A DNA stretch of 64,000 nucleotides from a virus. Shown one piece after another: positions 56,084 through 63,709 of this stretch (the first letter of the stretch is position 1; the number at the start of each line of letters is the position of its first letter). The stretch lies in the IMG/VR virus record IMGVR_UViG_3300048592_000244, positions 32,001 to 96,000 of that record; one strand, written 5' to 3'. Made by a program: the position numbers and the translations under genes. Under the pieces are notes generated by a model. It had not been told where the DNA came from. It saw nothing but the letters and a program-made list of their open reading frames with translations, and did not search any database.

Positions 56084-56481
56084 AGACTCTCGATTTCCTG
56101 TGGTTTCCAGTTCCCTTCAAGGTGCCCCACACGGAGTTCTAGGTCTTCTGGTGGGATGACGTTCACGCTGTAGAGGTTGGATGTGCGCCTCTGTTTATTC
56201 CTGCGCTGCTGTCTGGTGATGGCCCCCACGACTTCGAGAACAGACAGATGGCGGCTGATCGACCGGACGCTGACGTGGGTTTCCTTTGAGATCGTGACGT
56301 ACTCAGGGAAAACATTGTCGTTGTACTTCATCGCCATGCTGTGCAGGAAAATGTAGACGATCTTAGCGTCACCGGAGATCGGTAGCGCCATGATCCAGTT
56401 GGGTAGTTGCCCATAAGGAACGACGCCCTTCTTGGCGGCAGCATGACCGGCGACGACGCCGATGGATGATTTCTTCTTCAT
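56080..56481 (-). CDS. winged-HTH replication initiator-like protein (HTH_36 type)
   Basis: ISGDAKIVYIFL...VFP....ISKETHVSVRSISRHLSVLE.VG.I...R....SNLY. Confidence 0.8.
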   Translation of the reverse strand: MKKKSSIGVVAGHAAAKKGVVPYGQLPNWIMALPISGDAKIVYIFLHSMAMKYNDNVFPEYVTISKETHVSVRSISRHLSVLEVVGAITRQQRRNKQRRTSNLYSVNVIPPEDLELRVGHLEGNWKPQEIESL

Positions 56482-56816
56482 CTGTATTCTCCGTGGAAAA
56501 TCACACGAGGTAGGAATGGTGCTTGTAGTGATGACCGATATTCTTCGAGTGTCTGGTCTGACTTTTTGAGATTGCAGTCTGGGCAGGAGGGGGCGCGGTT
56601 GCTTTTTGCGTGCGACCCGTTTCGGCTTCTAGGCACGACATGATCCATGTGCCGGAAATTCAATTCCTCACCGCAATAGAAGCAGTGATTGGGGCTGATA
56701 TTTTCAGGCAATGGCGGCAGCGGTAGGAATTTCCCGTGACTGTTGACAGTCACGTCTACGCCGACGATGAGTTCTCGTCGCTCGCGTGCGGCATGGCCGC
56801 CTTGAGATTGTCGCAT
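56478..56816 (-). CDS. small HNH endonuclease (McrA/HK97 gp74 type)
   Basis: CFYCG...DHVVPRSRNGS....N.APSCPDCN..K; AAGGAAAGG RBS before ATG 56816. Confidence 0.88.
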   Translation of the reverse strand: MRQSQGGHAARERRELIVGVDVTVNSHGKFLPLPPLPENISPNHCFYCGEELNFRHMDHVVPRSRNGSHAKSNRAPSCPDCNLKKSDQTLEEYRSSLQAPFLPRVIFHGEYR

Positions 56817-56846
56817 GGAGTTCACCTTTCCTTGTTGGCGGCACGC

Positions 56847-56876
56847 ACTATAAGGTCGGCAGATGATGGGTGTCAA
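56847..56876 (-). promoter_or_regulatory. sigma70-type promoter for the leftward replication/recombination operon
   Basis: Minus strand TTGACA-N18-TATAGT, 30 nt upstream of ATG 56816. Confidence 0.7.
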
Positions 56877-57093
56877 CAAAAGAGAAAACCCCAGCTTGCG
56901 CCGGGGTCTCTCTGCCAAACCAAGGAAAGAAGATTGAAGCAGCCGAAGTCGTGATCTTGTGGTGTTGCACCCTTCGACCACGACGGCTGGTATTGTGCAG
57001 AGGATGTGGGGTAAACTTCAAGAGGGAACTAAAGTTTCCGCTGGAAAGTTCCGACTAAGGAAGGTGTCATCGACACAGCCAAGGAAGGAACCC

Positions 57094-57744
57094 ATGAACC
57101 CCACACTTGATGAACCGCCTGCACAGGCGGCCCGAAGCGACGACGAAGCCATTGCGCTGATGCTGCTCTACCAGCAGGTCTCCTGCGAGATCACCGGCAA
57201 GACCCGGTGGCTGGGCAACCAGCAGAAGCTGAAAGACGGTGGATGTCGTTGGATGGCAGCGTTTGTCACGCTGGCGAACAAGCTACGCATCTGGAAGTTC
57301 GACGCAGAAGCATTCATGCGCTGGGCGATCTCGACGAACGAGATGGTGTTGGACCGCCCAAACGTAATCAACGCGGACTGGCTGCTCGGAAAGTACAGCC
57401 AGTACCGTGTTGATTCGATGGCTGATGCTGTCGTGCAGGACAGGACCGTCAGAGGTGATCTCGACTTGATCCGCACTTCTATGGAAGCGGACGTCGAGAA
57501 CCTCGCCCGCTGGCGGAAATTCATGCCGGACTACAAGCAGCGCCTGTTGAGCCAGTACCAGTCGCTTTCGCCTCACTTCCTTGCCACGGATGTCGTGTTC
57601 CTCGATCTGGTCAAAGCCAACCAGATCGAGCAGGCCACCGTGTTGAAGGTGGGTGAGGTGTTGCGGCAACTGAACGGCGACAAGAGGTTCTACCAACAGG
57701 TGAGGCAAGCTCGTGATACAGCCATCATGGACGCCGGAGAATAA
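57094..57744 (+). CDS. hypothetical protein preceding the helicase (possible loader)
   Basis: AAGGAAGG RBS; synteny only for function. Confidence 0.7.
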   Translation: MNPTLDEPPAQAARSDDEAIALMLLYQQVSCEITGKTRWLGNQQKLKDGGCRWMAAFVTLANKLRIWKFDAEAFMRWAISTNEMVLDRPNVINADWLLGKYSQYRVDSMADAVVQDRTVRGDLDLIRTSMEADVENLARWRKFMPDYKQRLLSQYQSLSPHFLATDVVFLDLVKANQIEQATVLKVGEVLRQLNGDKRFYQQVRQARDTAIMDAGE

Positions 57745-59143
57745 TTTCCCCGGCAGCTTTCAAGAAGCGATTGTAAAACTGATGGTCCGCGACCCGCAAT
57801 TCATGCGGGTCGTTCGGCCTCATCTACCGCTGGAGTTCTACAGCCAGCAGGAGCAGGGCGCTGAGTACATGATGGCGGCCATCAGGGTCGTCTATGGGTA
57901 CTACGACCAGCATCACACGCCACCGACGAAGATGATATTCGATACGTGGGCGGCCCATCAGCTATCCGGCGTCAAGACCGAGTGGCAGTCCTACTACAAG
58001 CAGGGCTACGACTACTATGGCTGGAAATTCTACGACGAGCCTGTGGTCCCCAAGGAAGCGGAGTACGTCAGGGACAACACCTTCCAGTGGGTGCGTAAGC
58101 GTGCGGAAATGTCTCTGCTGGTTGAGGCGAAGAACGCCATCGACCAAGGCAAAGACCTACAGCAGATCAACCTCGTCAAGAAGGCGCAGGAAATTTCACA
58201 GATCGGGTTCGCTGGCACGGACCTTGGTATCGAGTTATTCACTGACCCGCAGGCGTCGTGGGCCACGATCTGGACGCCGGTGGTACGTGAAGCAATCCCT
58301 GTGGGCAAGCCGGGGCTCGACAGGGTGATGGGCGGCGGCGTCGGCGTTAAGGAACTCACGGTCGTCGGCGCTCCGCCCAATACAGGCAAGACCACGGTGA
58401 TGTGTGACTTCGCCGCTGGTTTCCTCCAGCAGTGCGAGCCGGTCATCTACATCACCTGTGAGCAGAGCGCCTTGCTCATCATGCAGAAGGTAATTTCCAA
58501 CATCGTCCGCATGATCCCGACCAAGTGGCACGAGTTGAACAACCCTGCTGTGATCTGGCAGTGGGTGCAATACTTCGCCAGCAACGCGGCTCCGCTGTTC
58601 ATCAAGCAGTTCCCGTCAGGCCGGGCAACCATCCATGATATTGAGGCATACGTGCTGGCAGTACAGGCACGGACTCAGCGGAAAATCAAGTGCGTGCTGG
58701 TGGACTACGCCGACCTTCTGCGCCCGGCGTTCACTCAGCAGGAGCGCAGGCACCAGTTGCAGGAAATTTACACCGACCTGCGTGCGCTGGCTGTGGACAT
58801 GAACCTCGCGGTAGTGACGGCCACGCAGACCAACCGTGAGTCGGTCGGTCAGGAACGCATCAACCTCGACAAGCTGGCCGAGGACTTCGGCAAGGCAGGC
58901 ATCGCCGACATCATCATGTTCCTCTGCCAGACTGAGCTTGAGCAGGCGAACAACCGTGGCCGCATCTTCTTCGCCAAGAACCGTAACCAGCGGAAATTCA
59001 TTGAGGTGGGCTTCAACATGCTGTACGAGTTGTCCCGCCTTGAGGAAGACGAGCGCATGATGGGACCGGGTGCGGCAGAGGCGCAGGCCGAGCAGGTGAT
59101 GAACACGATGCAGAGATTCCTCCCGAGTGCTGCACATGGCTAG
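57713..59143 (+). CDS. dnaB: replicative DnaB-family (T4 gp41-like) helicase
   Basis: GAPPNTGKTT, YITCE, VDYADLL, TATQTNR, LAEDFGK..IAD, AKNR motifs. Confidence 0.93.
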   Translation: MIQPSWTPENNFPGSFQEAIVKLMVRDPQFMRVVRPHLPLEFYSQQEQGAEYMMAAIRVVYGYYDQHHTPPTKMIFDTWAAHQLSGVKTEWQSYYKQGYDYYGWKFYDEPVVPKEAEYVRDNTFQWVRKRAEMSLLVEAKNAIDQGKDLQQINLVKKAQEISQIGFAGTDLGIELFTDPQASWATIWTPVVREAIPVGKPGLDRVMGGGVGVKELTVVGAPPNTGKTTVMCDFAAGFLQQCEPVIYITCEQSALLIMQKVISNIVRMIPTKWHELNNPAVIWQWVQYFASNAAPLFIKQFPSGRATIHDIEAYVLAVQARTQRKIKCVLVDYADLLRPAFTQQERRHQLQEIYTDLRALAVDMNLAVVTATQTNRESVGQERINLDKLAEDFGKAGIADIIMFLCQTELEQANNRGRIFFAKNRNQRKFIEVGFNMLYELSRLEEDERMMGPGAAEAQAEQVMNTMQRFLPSAAHG

Positions 59144-60146
59144 ATGGTTCAACCAGAGCAAGCTGATGGATTTCGTCTACGACGATCTCTCCTTCCGGTA
59201 CAGCGCCGGGGATGAGATGGTCTGCGACTGCTGCTACTGCGGGCACGACTCCACGCTGTGGGTGAATAAGGAGAGCGGGCAGTTCATCTGCTACCGCTGT
59301 CTGGAGCACGGCAGTGTCTACCTGCTGGTCGAGTCTGTGAAGGGAGTCGAGCGCGGGCAAGCCCGCATCATCTTGGGCGTGGCCGCAGGTGAAATCATCC
59401 AGCCAGCAGACGCGTTGAAGGAAGTCTTCGCCGGTCTCGCGCAGAGATTTTCCGGCCCTCCAGTCGTGCAGGAAAGTAACCAGATCGTGCCGGAAAATAC
59501 TCAGTTCTTCGGCTGGGGAAAACCTGTTTATAAGGTCGAGGAGGAAATGGTAATTTCCATGATCCAAGCACTGGAGGCGAGAGGTTTTCCTTACCAACAG
59601 ATTGTGGAAAATAGGGCGGGCTGGGGGTTCGGTGGCAGGTGGGATCACCGGGTAGTCCTGCCGGTGTATTTCCGCAACGAACTGGTCTGGTGGCAGGCAT
59701 GGGACTACACCAAGACGCAGAGCATCAAGTACAACAACCCTCGCAATGACGAGGTGAAGATTTCCCGCAAGGCTCTGGTCTACAACATTGAGAAGCACGC
59801 TGATGCCAAGGCCCTGTGTGTGACCGAGGGTGTCTTCAACTCGTGGGCCTGCGACCAGATCGGTGTGGCTGGCGTGGCTACCTTCGGAAAAGGCGTCACG
59901 CCTCTACAGATTTTCCAGCTTGTCACGCACCGGGCAGAACGCATCTATATTGGGCTGGACCCCGATGCACGAGACAAAGCCGTTGGGCTCTACAACACAC
60001 TGCGGGCGCTGGGCAAAGAGACACTTCTTTGCACCATGCCATCGAAGGCTGACTGGAATGACCTCACTCCTGCCGACAGGCAACGGGTCATCGACAGCGC
60101 CGGGCACCCGGACTGGTTCTGGGACAGCCACAAAGGATCGAACTGA
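59136..60146 (+). CDS. dnaG: DNA primase (Zn finger + TOPRIM)
   Basis: CCYCGH...CYRC..HG zinc-binding domain; KY.NP, VTEGVFN, GLDPDA, DWND. Confidence 0.9.
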   Translation: MARWFNQSKLMDFVYDDLSFRYSAGDEMVCDCCYCGHDSTLWVNKESGQFICYRCLEHGSVYLLVESVKGVERGQARIILGVAAGEIIQPADALKEVFAGLAQRFSGPPVVQESNQIVPENTQFFGWGKPVYKVEEEMVISMIQALEARGFPYQQIVENRAGWGFGGRWDHRVVLPVYFRNELVWWQAWDYTKTQSIKYNNPRNDEVKISRKALVYNIEKHADAKALCVTEGVFNSWACDQIGVAGVATFGKGVTPLQIFQLVTHRAERIYIGLDPDARDKAVGLYNTLRALGKETLLCTMPSKADWNDLTPADRQRVIDSAGHPDWFWDSHKGSN

Positions 60147-60471
60147 TTTCAACTTTTTTGTCTGCTGGCCCCCGACGACAAACTGAATTTTTGGGCCTGC
60201 TCTTGACCCGTCAATAATTGCATATACAACGACCTTTTTTGTGCCCCAAAAACTTGACGCGTCAATATATAATGCCGTAATGACTAGGAATTTTACCCCA
60301 AAAAAAGTGCCCAAAAGGGCTCTACGGTGCGGGTTCTGGGCCGTTTGAAAAACTTTTGCCTAAAAATTTTGTTGATTTTTTGGGGCGAAAAGCCGTAAAA
60401 TGCTTGCGTCGCCGCCGATGGCATAGGGCTACCGGGGCAGACAGAGAGTCCCCAAAATTGGGAGAGTTACC
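60147..60471. other. AT-rich non-coding region with A/T tracts (candidate genome terminus / early control region)
   Basis: Abrupt GC drop; many A4-7/T4-6 tracts, repeated CCCCAAAA, two TTGAC-N2-GTCAA palindromes. Confidence 0.6.
60372..60401 (+). promoter_or_regulatory. sigma70-type early promoter with AT-rich UP region
   Basis: TTGATT-N18-TAAAAT preceded by A/T tracts. Confidence 0.6.
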
Positions 60472-60651
60472 ATGAAGAACTGCAAAGTGACAGTCAAGGG
60501 CAACAAGGCAATCATCGAAGTCGATCTGACTCAGGACTTCGGCCCATCCTCCTCTGGCAAGACCGTCATCATCGCATCCTCTGAGGGCAACCAGTCTCTG
60601 CCCGGAAAGCCTGAGATCAAGCTGGGTCTCAACGTCTACAAGAAGCCGTAG
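60472..60651 (+). CDS. 59-aa small conserved beta protein (MKNCKVTVKGNKAIIEVDLTQDFGPSSSGKTVIIASSEGN...KLGLNVY), not in ORF track
   Basis: GGGAG RBS, strong codon bias; resembles a conserved bacterial hypothetical family (VDL..EFGPS.SGKT.IIAST.GN...IGLNVY). Confidence 0.8.
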   Translation: MKNCKVTVKGNKAIIEVDLTQDFGPSSSGKTVIIASSEGNQSLPGKPEIKLGLNVYKKP

Positions 60652-60662
60652 GCAGACTAGGC

Positions 60663-60756
60663 AGGCTGGCCCGATCATGGGCCAGCCTTGCCCCTTGCCC
60701 ACTGCTGGCCTAGTGCGGGCCGTGGGCAAGGGGCAAGGCTTGTTGCCTTGTTTTTG
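60663..60756 (+). other. two overlapping inverted repeats (10-bp and 19-bp perfect stems)
   Basis: AGGCTGGCCC/GGGCCAGCCT and AGCCTTGCCCCTTGCCCAC/GTGGGCAAGGGGCAAGGCT, followed by a T-rich run. Confidence 0.8.
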
Positions 60757-60864
60757 TGTCCAGTGGGCCGTGTGGCCTGCTGGAATTTCCGTTTGTCTGT
60801 CCGGGCATTCTGTCCGGCCAGTTTTGTCCGCCCGGTCTATCCGGGCACAGTGGAGGCTATTGCC

Positions 60865-61146
60865 ATGAGTGAGAAGACCAACAAGAAGCCCGTGGATGCT
60901 CGCAGCAAGATCGACGCCCTGTTCGCCACGTCCCCGGCGAAGGTCCGTGTCCGGGCCGCCGACGACGGCAAGGTCTATTCCGGCGTGGTCGGTTCGGCCC
61001 TTGTCGAGAAGTTCGCCGCTGCCGGTCAGGACGACGCCTTTGTGGCGCTCGGTCTGGTCAACGCCGAGACCCTCAAGCGGTCCAGCAAGACGATGGACGC
61101 CAACGCCAACACCGTCAGCTTGACGCAGGACGCCATCGCCAAGTAG
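60865..61146 (+). CDS. small early protein (MSEKTNKKPVDARSK...)
   Basis: GGAGG RBS before ATG 60865; strong codon bias. Confidence 0.8.
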   Translation: MSEKTNKKPVDARSKIDALFATSPAKVRVRAADDGKVYSGVVGSALVEKFAAAGQDDAFVALGLVNAETLKRSSKTMDANANTVSLTQDAIAK

Positions 61147-61153
61147 GCCCACA

Positions 61154-61185
61154 GGGGCTGGCCGGAATTTCCTCCGGCCAGCCCC
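61154..61185 (+). terminator. 13-bp hairpin after the early gene
   Basis: GGGGCTGGCCGGA-ATTTCC-TCCGGCCAGCCCC; no U-tract. Confidence 0.5.
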
Positions 61186-61246
61186 ACCGTGGTCTACCGT
61201 CGCTGCTCCGTGGAGCGGCAACGGCAGGTCACTTGGGAGCAAGGCA

Positions 61247-61744
61247 ATGCCAGTCAACAAGGCCAGTCTAAAGCGGCACGTAGTCCGAAAGACAGCAACC
61301 CGGCACGTCTACCGGGACAAGCTGACGGTACTGCGTGAAGCCAAACACCCCGGTGTCGCCGCTGTCCGTGGCTACGTCACCGACAAGGCTGGCAACCGGA
61401 CCACCATGCCGTGGCAGCTAATTTCCGACAATGCCGCTGCCCACTTGCCCACTGAGCAGGTCTTCACCGAACGCTATGCCCCGATGCGACAAGCCGTGTT
61501 CTTCCGCTTCCGGGCTTGGAAAACTCTGACCGGCAAGACCAACGGAAAGAAGCGGGCAAGGGCCATCCTTCGCCGCGTCAAGGAACTGCTGGACCTGCCG
61601 GAACTGAACAACCCGGACAACCCCGACAGAATCGACAACGGGGTTTTCCGCTTGCTGCCCCGGACTGAGCGGCACTTGGAATTGCTGCAAGCCATCGTCG
61701 CCGACAATGACGATTGCTTGCTGCCGCTGTCCGATACGCTTTGA
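61247..61744 (+). CDS. basic hypothetical early protein
   Basis: GGGAG RBS; typical codon bias. Confidence 0.7.
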   Translation: MPVNKASLKRHVVRKTATRHVYRDKLTVLREAKHPGVAAVRGYVTDKAGNRTTMPWQLISDNAAAHLPTEQVFTERYAPMRQAVFFRFRAWKTLTGKTNGKKRARAILRRVKELLDLPELNNPDNPDRIDNGVFRLLPRTERHLELLQAIVADNDDCLLPLSDTL

Positions 61745-61937
61745 CCCCTTGACGGGTCAACACTGCCTTACGCTGCCTTCACTGTGCGGCTCGGCGGTTT
61801 CCGAAAGCGGAGATAATCCGCCCACGGTCTAACGTCGCTTCTCAGCGCGAGACGCGACGTGAGCCCGTGGCTCAGTCCATACAATTTCACTCACGCCAGC
61901 CCCACTCTGTGGGGCTGGTCTGCATTGGAGACCAGCC

Positions 61938-62114
61938 ATGAACCCATACGCTGTCCTGCTCGAAATGGCCGTGAACCAACGGCGCACCGTCCGTGAGGAA
62001 ATGGCTGAGGCCCTGCGCAACCGGCATCTCAAGAAGTACGCCGTGCTGGAAAAAGACCACACCAAGCTGTCCGACAAGATCACTGACTACCAGTCGAAAT
62101 TGAAGGCGGCATAA
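61938..62114 (+). CDS. 58-aa helical early protein (MNPYAVLLEMAVNQRR...), not in ORF track
   Basis: GGAG RBS; typical codon bias. Confidence 0.7.
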   Translation: MNPYAVLLEMAVNQRRTVREEMAEALRNRHLKKYAVLEKDHTKLSDKITDYQSKLKAA

Positions 62115-62132
62115 CCCGGAGGATATTCCCGT

Positions 62133-62357
62133 ATGAAGGAAATCGCTCTTTTCCGTCGTCTCGCCGTCTATGGTGTCCACGACCGCAACTTCGTCTGCTT
62201 CCGTCGCGTTGACGGCAGCTACGGGGTGTACGACAAGCTCACCAACGAGCAGTTGTTCACCATCGCTGAGGACGAAGCCTACAACACGTTCTACCTCGGG
62301 CGTGAGACCGCTGCCAAGTTCACCTTCTTGGACAGCCCATTCCGCAAGTCGGCCTAA
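62133..62357 (+). CDS. small early protein
   Basis: GGAGG RBS; typical codon bias. Confidence 0.75.
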   Translation: MKEIALFRRLAVYGVHDRNFVCFRRVDGSYGVYDKLTNEQLFTIAEDEAYNTFYLGRETAAKFTFLDSPFRKSA

Positions 62358-62464
62358 GACCGGCCAGCAATCAGCGCACTGAGCGCATCGAGCGGGAGCT
62401 ACGACGATGCCGGGCTTCGTGTGCTGTCTGCTGTTCGTTCCTAACCCACCAAGGAGGAAAAGCT

Positions 62465-62704
62465 ATGCACGCAACAAAACTCGAAGCACGCAAGAAGTTC
62501 GACGCTCTGTTCTCCCAGAAGCAGCCGACGCGGGAGGAAATGTTCATGCGTCCTGACTTCCGGGTGCTGGCCGCGATGGTCGGCATGAATTTCGGCCAGT
62601 GCTGGGATGCGTTGGTCAACAAGGCCAGTGCCACGAAGTACGGCGGCAACATCCTGCTGGCCGCCGAAGACTGGTACGGCGAAGTCTCGGCTCCCCGCTT
62701 CTAG
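62465..62704 (+). CDS. small early protein
   Basis: AAGGAGG RBS; typical codon bias. Confidence 0.75.
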   Translation: MHATKLEARKKFDALFSQKQPTREEMFMRPDFRVLAAMVGMNFGQCWDALVNKASATKYGGNILLAAEDWYGEVSAPRF

Positions 62705-62712
62705 GAGGAGCC

Positions 62713-62907
62713 ATGTCGGAAAAACAGCGTCATATCCGTTTGCGCGTCGAAGTCCGTGACGCGCTGGGCGCGTTGGTACTCACCTACGCATTCTGGCTGG
62801 ACGATCACGTCGCACGCCGGGCATTCGCTGCCCGGTGTCCTGACGCGTGGTTGGCTGGCCAACGCATCACCACGTTCAAGGAGAACGCCGATGGCAGTGA
62901 ACTATGA
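62713..62907 (+). CDS. small early protein (MSEKQRHIRLRVEV...)
   Basis: AGGAGGAG RBS. Confidence 0.7.
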   Translation: MSEKQRHIRLRVEVRDALGALVLTYAFWLDDHVARRAFAARCPDAWLAGQRITTFKENADGSEL

Positions 62908-63499
62908 TTTCACCCGGATAGACCGGGACATCTGGCTGAGTCTGTTTTTCGGGCTTACTCAGGAGCGCATCGACAGCGACAACGACCACTATGGGCTCGA
63001 ACCGGAATTGCCGATCAAGCCCGATGAGTGGGTTGACGCGGTACACTCGCCGTGGTTCAAGCCAGACCCGGAGAGCGACAAGCCTCTGGACAAGCACGGT
63101 GTTGAGCAGGGCTGGGTCATCATGGCCCAGCACAGTTTCGTCCACAACGTGATGATGGCGCTGATCCCCTGTATGCCAGCGCCGGGCTGGGGCCTGTCGG
63201 ATAAGAACATCGACGAGGCTGTCCGCCGCGTTCTGATCTATCAGGAAGTCACCGGCCCCTTGGGCAGTAAATTCGTCGGCCCGTGGATTCTGCCGCAGAA
63301 GAAACAGCGCAACTTCTGGGAGCCGTACTACGTCACTGAGGAGGAAATTCGCAAACTGAACGGCTTGTCCGTGAATTTCTCCACGGTGAACATCTCCACG
63401 TTCCGCAAGACCGTCGAGCGGTGCCTTGAGGAAAAGGTCGCCCAGCGTGCCTACCGGGCGAAGAAGGAGGCAGAGGAGAAGATGGCCAAGACCGGGTAA
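62891..63499 (+). CDS. hypothetical early protein (MAVNYDFTRIDRD...)
   Basis: AAGGAG RBS before ATG 62891; typical codon bias. Confidence 0.75.
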   Translation: MAVNYDFTRIDRDIWLSLFFGLTQERIDSDNDHYGLEPELPIKPDEWVDAVHSPWFKPDPESDKPLDKHGVEQGWVIMAQHSFVHNVMMALIPCMPAPGWGLSDKNIDEAVRRVLIYQEVTGPLGSKFVGPWILPQKKQRNFWEPYYVTEEEIRKLNGLSVNFSTVNISTFRKTVERCLEEKVAQRAYRAKKEAEEKMAKTG

Positions 63500-63709
63500 T
63501 CTCACTCCTCGGTTGAGGCCAGTGCCCCGACGTGGAATTCGGTGGGCGTCGGGGCACGCATCTCAACTGACGAAGGAGGTGCCCTATGAAACGCTAACAC
63601 AGACATTGCTTTGGAAAAGTTGAGTACACAAAAGGTGGAGTACCGAAGCACGGGCCATCGGCGATCACGCCTTTGGCCCGTTGTTCGTTTCTCCCCGTGA
63701 GGAAATTCC

